DNA from: an uncultured Alistipes sp.
GTDB lineage: Bacteria; Bacteroidota; Bacteroidia; Bacteroidales; Rikenellaceae
Direction of reading: 5' to 3'
Assembly (NCBI GenBank): GCA_959604655.1
Contig: CAUHCL010000001.1
Coordinates: forward strand, 954-64,953
DNA: 64,000 nt
This document shows, in pieces, positions 59,251-64,000 of this stretch (positions are counted from its first letter, which is position 1; each line of letters starts with the position of its first letter). The notes beneath the pieces were generated by a model. The model was not told where the DNA came from. It did no database searches and saw only the letters and a program-made list of their open reading frames with translations. The position numbers and the translations under genes were made by a program.

Positions 59251-61920
59251 TTATATCCCCGCTATCTTCTTTATCTCGTTCAGTTTGTTGAGCGCTTCGA
59301 TGGGAGTCAGCGAGTTGATGTCGAGACCCTTTATCTGGTCGCGTATCTGAATCAGAACGGGATCTTCCAGCTGGAACATCGAGAGTTGCAGACTACCCTT
59401 CTCCGCTACGTCGGCCACCTGCTTGGCCGACGGCTGACGTCTCCTGCGCCGCTGCGCCGGCTCTTTCGAGGCCACTATCTCGTTGTCGCCGTAAACCGTT
59501 TCCAGATTGCCCAGAATCTCCGTCGCGCGCGACACTATGCTTTGCGGCATTCCCGCCATGCGCGCCACGTGTATACCGAACGAGTGCTCGGTGCCGCCGC
59601 GGGCCAGTTTGCGCAGGAACACTATGGTGTTGTCGATCTCGCGGACCGCCACATGGTAGTTCTTCACGCGCGCGAACAGCTGCTCCATCTCGTTCAGCTC
59701 GTGGTAATGCGTGGCGAAGAGGGTCTTGGCGTGTGCCGTAGGATGGTTGTGGATATACTCCACCATCGCCCATGCTATCGATATGCCGTCGTAGGTGCTG
59801 GTGCCGCGTCCGATCTCGTCGAGCAGGATCAGGCTGCGGTCCGAGAGGTTGTTCAGTATGCTCGCCGACTCCAGCATCTCGACCATGAAGGTCGACTCGC
59901 CCTGCGAGATGTTGTCCGAGGCTCCCACGCGGGTGAATATCTTGTCCACCACACCTATGTGCGCCGATTCGGCGGGTACGAACGATCCCATCTGCGCCAT
60001 GAGTATTATGAGCGCTGTCTGCCGCAGCAGGGCCGACTTACCCGACATGTTGGGACCCGTTATCATCATTATCTGTTGGTCCTCGTCGTTGAGCAGCACA
60101 TCGTTGGGGATGTATTCCTCCCCCACCGCCAGCAGACGCTCTATGACGGGGTGACGGCCGTTGCGTATATCGATGACCTTGCCGTTGTCGAGCAGGGGGC
60201 GGACGTAGCGGCATTCGCACGCCATGCGGGCGAACGACTGGAGGCAGTCGATGCGCGCCACGGCGGCGGCATCGCGCAGGATCACGCGCAACTGCCCCGC
60301 TACGTATTGAACCAAAGCCGTGTATATTTCGAGTTCGAGCGCCAGAATACGGTCCTGCGCGCCGAGAATCTTCTCTTCGTACTCCTTCAGTTCCTCGGTG
60401 ATGTAGCGCTCGGCGTTGGCCAGGGTCTGTTTGCGGATCCACGATTCTGGCACCTTATCCTTATGCGTGTTGCGCACCTCGATGTAATAGCCGAATACGT
60501 TGTTGTAGCTGATTTTGAGCGACGGAATCCCCGTAGCCTCGGTCTCGCGTTGCAGTATCTGCTGCAACACGTCCTTGCCGTGCAAGGCTATGCGGCGCAG
60601 GTCGTCCAGTTCGGCCGACACGCCGTCGGCTATGACCCCGCCTTTCTGAATCTGGTTGTTGGCGGGATCGGGATAGATCTCGCGGGCCAGTCGGTCGCGT
60701 ATCTCCGTCGCGGGATCGATCTGCTCCGCTATCTCGTGCAGGCGCTCGTCGTCGGTCGATTCCAGCAGGGCCTTGAGCGTCTCCACGGCCGTGAGCGACG
60801 ATTTGAGCTGCACCAGCTCGCGCGGCAACACGCGCCCCGCCGCTATGCGCGATGAAATGCGCTCCAGATCGCCTATCGACGAGATCTGCTCGCGCAGCGC
60901 CTCGGCCAGATCGGCGTCGGTCGCCAGACGCTCCACCACATCCTGACGCCGCTTGATACGCTCGACGTCGACCAGAGGCATGGCTATCCAACGTTTCAGC
61001 AGACGGCCGCCCATCGATGTGAGCGTGCGGTCGATGACGTCGGCGAAGCAGCTCTTGTCGTGCGATCCGTTCGACGAGAAGAGTTCCAGATTGCGTATCG
61101 AGAACTTGTCGACCCATACGTAATCGTTCTTGTCGATGCGCGAGATGGAGGTGATGTGCGATATTTCACGGTGCTCGGTGAACTCCAGATAATAGAGTAT
61201 GGCGCCCGCGGCGGCTATGCCCTCGGTCATGTTCTGCACGCCGAAGCCTTTCAGCGATCGGGTGCCGAACTGCTTGCAGAGCTTGTCCTTGTTGATGTCC
61301 GACGAGAACACCCAGTCGTCGAGACGGTAGGTGTAGTATCGGTTGCCGAATGCCGAATCGAAGCGGTCCTCGTATCCGCGCTGGTAGATGATCTCCTTGG
61401 GCGAGAGGTTCGACAGCAGTTTGTCGACATACATATCGTCGCCCTGAGCCATGTAGAACTCGCCCGTCGATATGTCGAGAAAGGCCACGCCCGTGGTTTT
61501 CGCGCCGAAAAAGACCGATCCGAGGAACGAGTTTTCCTTATTTGGCAGCACGTTGTTGTCGCCCAACACCACACCCGGGGTGACAAGCTCGATGACGCCG
61601 CGCTTGACCAGACCTTTGACGGTCTTGGGGTCTTCTAACTGCTCGCACACGGCGACGCGTTCGCCCGCCCGCACCAGCTTGGGCATGTAGACGTCGAGCG
61701 CATGATAAGGGAATCCCGCCAGCTCGACATACGACGCGGCACCGTTGGCCCGCCGCGTGAGCGTTATGCCGAGGATCGAACTCGCCTTTATGGCGTCGTC
61801 GCCGAAAGTCTCATAAAAATCTCCCACACGAAACAGCAATATCGCATCGGGATGAACCGCCTTGATAGAGTAATATTGCTTCATCAAGGGCGTCTCCACG
61901 TATTTCTTCTCAATAGCCAT
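59251..61920 (-). CDS. mutS: DNA mismatch repair protein MutS
   Basis: [35 protein letters not shown]; start moved to ATG 61920. Confidence 0.97.
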   Translation of the reverse strand: MAIEKKYVETPLMKQYYSIKAVHPDAILLFRVGDFYETFGDDAIKASSILGITLTRRANGAASYVELAGFPYHALDVYMPKLVRAGERVAVCEQLEDPKTVKGLVKRGVIELVTPGVVLGDNNVLPNKENSFLGSVFFGAKTTGVAFLDISTGEFYMAQGDDMYVDKLLSNLSPKEIIYQRGYEDRFDSAFGNRYYTYRLDDWVFSSDINKDKLCKQFGTRSLKGFGVQNMTEGIAAAGAILYYLEFTEHREISHITSISRIDKNDYVWVDKFSIRNLELFSSNGSHDKSCFADVIDRTLTSMGGRLLKRWIAMPLVDVERIKRRQDVVERLATDADLAEALREQISSIGDLERISSRIAAGRVLPRELVQLKSSLTAVETLKALLESTDDERLHEIAEQIDPATEIRDRLAREIYPDPANNQIQKGGVIADGVSAELDDLRRIALHGKDVLQQILQRETEATGIPSLKISYNNVFGYYIEVRNTHKDKVPESWIRKQTLANAERYITEELKEYEEKILGAQDRILALELEIYTALVQYVAGQLRVILRDAAAVARIDCLQSFARMACECRYVRPLLDNGKVIDIRNGRHPVIERLLAVGEEYIPNDVLLNDEDQQIMMITGPNMSGKSALLRQTALIILMAQMGSFVPAESAHIGVVDKIFTRVGASDNISQGESTFMVEMLESASILNNLSDRSLILLDEIGRGTSTYDGISIAWAMVEYIHNHPTAHAKTLFATHYHELNEMEQLFARVKNYHVAVREIDNTIVFLRKLARGGTEHSFGIHVARMAGMPQSIVSRATEILGNLETVYGDNEIVASKEPAQRRRRRQPSAKQVADVAEKGSLQLSMFQLEDPVLIQIRDQIKGLDINSLTPIEALNKLNEIKKIAGI

Positions 61921-62048
61921 TCTCCCTGTTTTTAGTGAGCAAATATACAAATAAAAGTTGGAAAAACGAGCGGGAAGATGACAACATCGGGCACGAAACG
62001 ACGCGCAACTGCGCCTGTGCGAGGCCTGCGGACCGCGTGCGACGAGGA

Positions 62049-62684
62049 CTATTTCACGCGTATGACGTTGATTCCGTCGCGCAGCGGGAGTATGACGTTC
62101 TCCACTCTGTCGTCCTCGGCCACCATGCGGTTGAATTCGAGAAGCGCCTGCGTATGGCGGTCGTTGTGCGCCACGCTCTGCACGACCTTGCCATACCACA
62201 GAATGTTGTCGGCCAGCATCACCGAGCCGCTGCGCACCAGCCCGCCGTCCATCAGCATGCGGTAGTAATCGGGATATTCGCGCTTGTCGCCGTCGATGAA
62301 TACCATGTCGAACCGCTTGCCGAGCCGCGGGGCTATATCCAGCGCCGACCCGATGTGCAGGCGGATTTTGTGCCCGTGGGGCGAGCGGTCGAAAAACGAC
62401 TGCGCCAGAGGCTGCAGTTCGTCGTCGGGTTCGCAGGTGTCGACCGTACCGCCCTCATCCAGCCCCGCCGCCATGCAGAGTGCCGAATAGCCCGTGAAAG
62501 TTCCTATCTCCAGAATGTCGTGCGGGCGGAACATCTTCACCAGCAGTTCGAGCAGCTTGCCCTGAATATGGCCCGACACCATGCGCGGGTTCAGCACTTG
62601 CAGATGGGTCTGGCGGTCCAGCTCCGTGAGCAGCGGATCCTCGGGCGAGGAGTGCAGATGAACGTATTTTTCGAGTAAATCCAT
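62049..62684 (-). CDS. O-methyltransferase
   Basis: [28 protein letters not shown]. Confidence 0.9.
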   Translation of the reverse strand: MDLLEKYVHLHSSPEDPLLTELDRQTHLQVLNPRMVSGHIQGKLLELLVKMFRPHDILEIGTFTGYSALCMAAGLDEGGTVDTCEPDDELQPLAQSFFDRSPHGHKIRLHIGSALDIAPRLGKRFDMVFIDGDKREYPDYYRMLMDGGLVRSGSVMLADNILWYGKVVQSVAHNDRHTQALLEFNRMVAEDDRVENVILPLRDGINVIRVK

Positions 62685-62724
62685 GTCAGGCTATTTTGTC
62701 AATCTTCGTCGACACCGCGGAAAA

Positions 62725-63942
62725 CTATTTATATATCAGTGTCGACATGCGGGAGAACACATCCTCGGCCGCCTCGACGATCCGTTCGGCCGTCACGGCC
62801 GCTACCTTCTTGTATACGTCCTCCATCGTATCGATCTCGTCGTGCACCAGAAAACTCTTTCCCGCACCGAGCATGTAGCCTTCGTTGCTCTCCATCGATA
62901 TGGCCATCTGCGCCAGAAACTGGCGTTTGGCCATCGACAGCTGCCGCGGCGTGAGCTTCGTGCGGCGCAGGAGGGCGAGTTCGCGATCGACGAGCTCGCG
63001 GCAATGGTCGGCATTGGAGTGGTCGGAACTGAAATATATCGCGGCCAGACCGCAGTCGTTGTAGGGCGTGTATGAAGCCTCGATGTTGTACGACAATCCG
63101 TTTTTCTCGCGCAGCGACACGTTCAGCCGCGAGTTGGCCGAGGGGCCGCCGAGAATGTTCACCAGCAGTGCCAGCGGCAGCCTCCGCTCGTCGTTGATGT
63201 CGTAGGCGCGGGCTCCCGTGACGCAGTGCACCTGATGGGTATGCTTGTTCACCGTCTTGTCGAACGCAGGCGCTGTCGAGGGTGCCGTGCGTCGGAACGT
63301 GCGCACGGTCGCGGGATATCGGGCGAAATACTTCTCGGCGACTCCCTGCACGCTCTTTACCGACATGCTGCCGATGGACGAGAAGACCATCTGGTCGGTG
63401 GTGTAGGTGCGGCCCACGAATCCGCGCACCGCCTCGGTGTCGAATCGTGCGATGGACGATTTGGTGCCGAGTATGTTGTGCCCCAGCTCCGAATCGGCGA
63501 AGATCATCTCTTCGAAAGTGTCGAATATCATGTCGGCGGGCGAATCCTTGTAGGTGTTGATCTCGTCGACGATCACTTCGCGCTCCTTCGCCAGCTCGCG
63601 TTCGGGAAACGCGGAGTTGAATGCCACGTCGGCTATAAGCTCCGCTGCCTTGGCGAAGTCGCCCCGCAGCGTGGTGGCGTGTATCGTGGTGTCCTCCTTG
63701 GTAGTGTAGGCGTTGAGCTCGCCGCCGAGGTTCTCCAGACGGCAATTCACCTGAAAGGCCTTGCGGCGTGCGGTGCCCTTGAATATGGCGTGTTCGGTGA
63801 AGTGCGCCAGTCCGTACTGGTCGGGCAGCTCGTCGCGGCAGCCAGCATTCACCACCAGCGCGCAGTGCGCTACCCCGCTCTTCACCTGACGGTGTATGCC
63901 TCTTATGCCGTTGGGCAGAGTATATGTGTAAAATTCCTTCAT
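62725..63942 (-). CDS. M16 (pitrilysin) family peptidase
   Basis: GLAHFTEH (HxxEH), LNAYT, LREKNGLSY. Confidence 0.92.
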   Translation of the reverse strand: MKEFYTYTLPNGIRGIHRQVKSGVAHCALVVNAGCRDELPDQYGLAHFTEHAIFKGTARRKAFQVNCRLENLGGELNAYTTKEDTTIHATTLRGDFAKAAELIADVAFNSAFPERELAKEREVIVDEINTYKDSPADMIFDTFEEMIFADSELGHNILGTKSSIARFDTEAVRGFVGRTYTTDQMVFSSIGSMSVKSVQGVAEKYFARYPATVRTFRRTAPSTAPAFDKTVNKHTHQVHCVTGARAYDINDERRLPLALLVNILGGPSANSRLNVSLREKNGLSYNIEASYTPYNDCGLAAIYFSSDHSNADHCRELVDRELALLRRTKLTPRQLSMAKRQFLAQMAISMESNEGYMLGAGKSFLVHDEIDTMEDVYKKVAAVTAERIVEAAEDVFSRMSTLIYK

Positions 63943-64000
63943 CTCAATTGCGGCCGTGTTCCTTCAAAAAACGTCCCGTGTAGCTTGTCTCGCAGAGCCT

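Overview
GC-rich chromosomal window from a Bacteroidales organism, most likely Rikenellaceae/Alistipes-like. This is inferred from TAnnTTTG promoters, a short primary sigma-70, the tmRNA tag GNNSYALAA and fimbrillins. Most of it is housekeeping: ctpA, mnmA, aroE, dnaE, trxA, htpG, rex, dnaN, glmM, cysteine synthase, ung, rpoD, glyA, an L-rhamnose operon, an EptA-family transferase, ssrA, gyrB, udk and mutS. The standout is a ~2.2 kb AT-richer insert at 27322-29520 holding a minimal type V-F-like CRISPR system on the minus strand. It encodes a 496-aa Cas12f/TnpB-like protein with an intact RuvC D-E-D triad. Next comes a promoter-driven candidate tracrRNA with a split anti-repeat, then an array of 7 full plus 1 degenerate 36-nt repeats with 29-30-nt spacers. 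No cas1/2/4 or tnpA is present, and no leader or terminator separates the tracr from the array. Other notable items are two families of dispersed structured intergenic repeats (one with clear compensatory base changes), a two-gene type V fimbrillin islet, and a small Hc1-like gene missed by the ORF track. All protein calls rest on motif recognition, not database searches.
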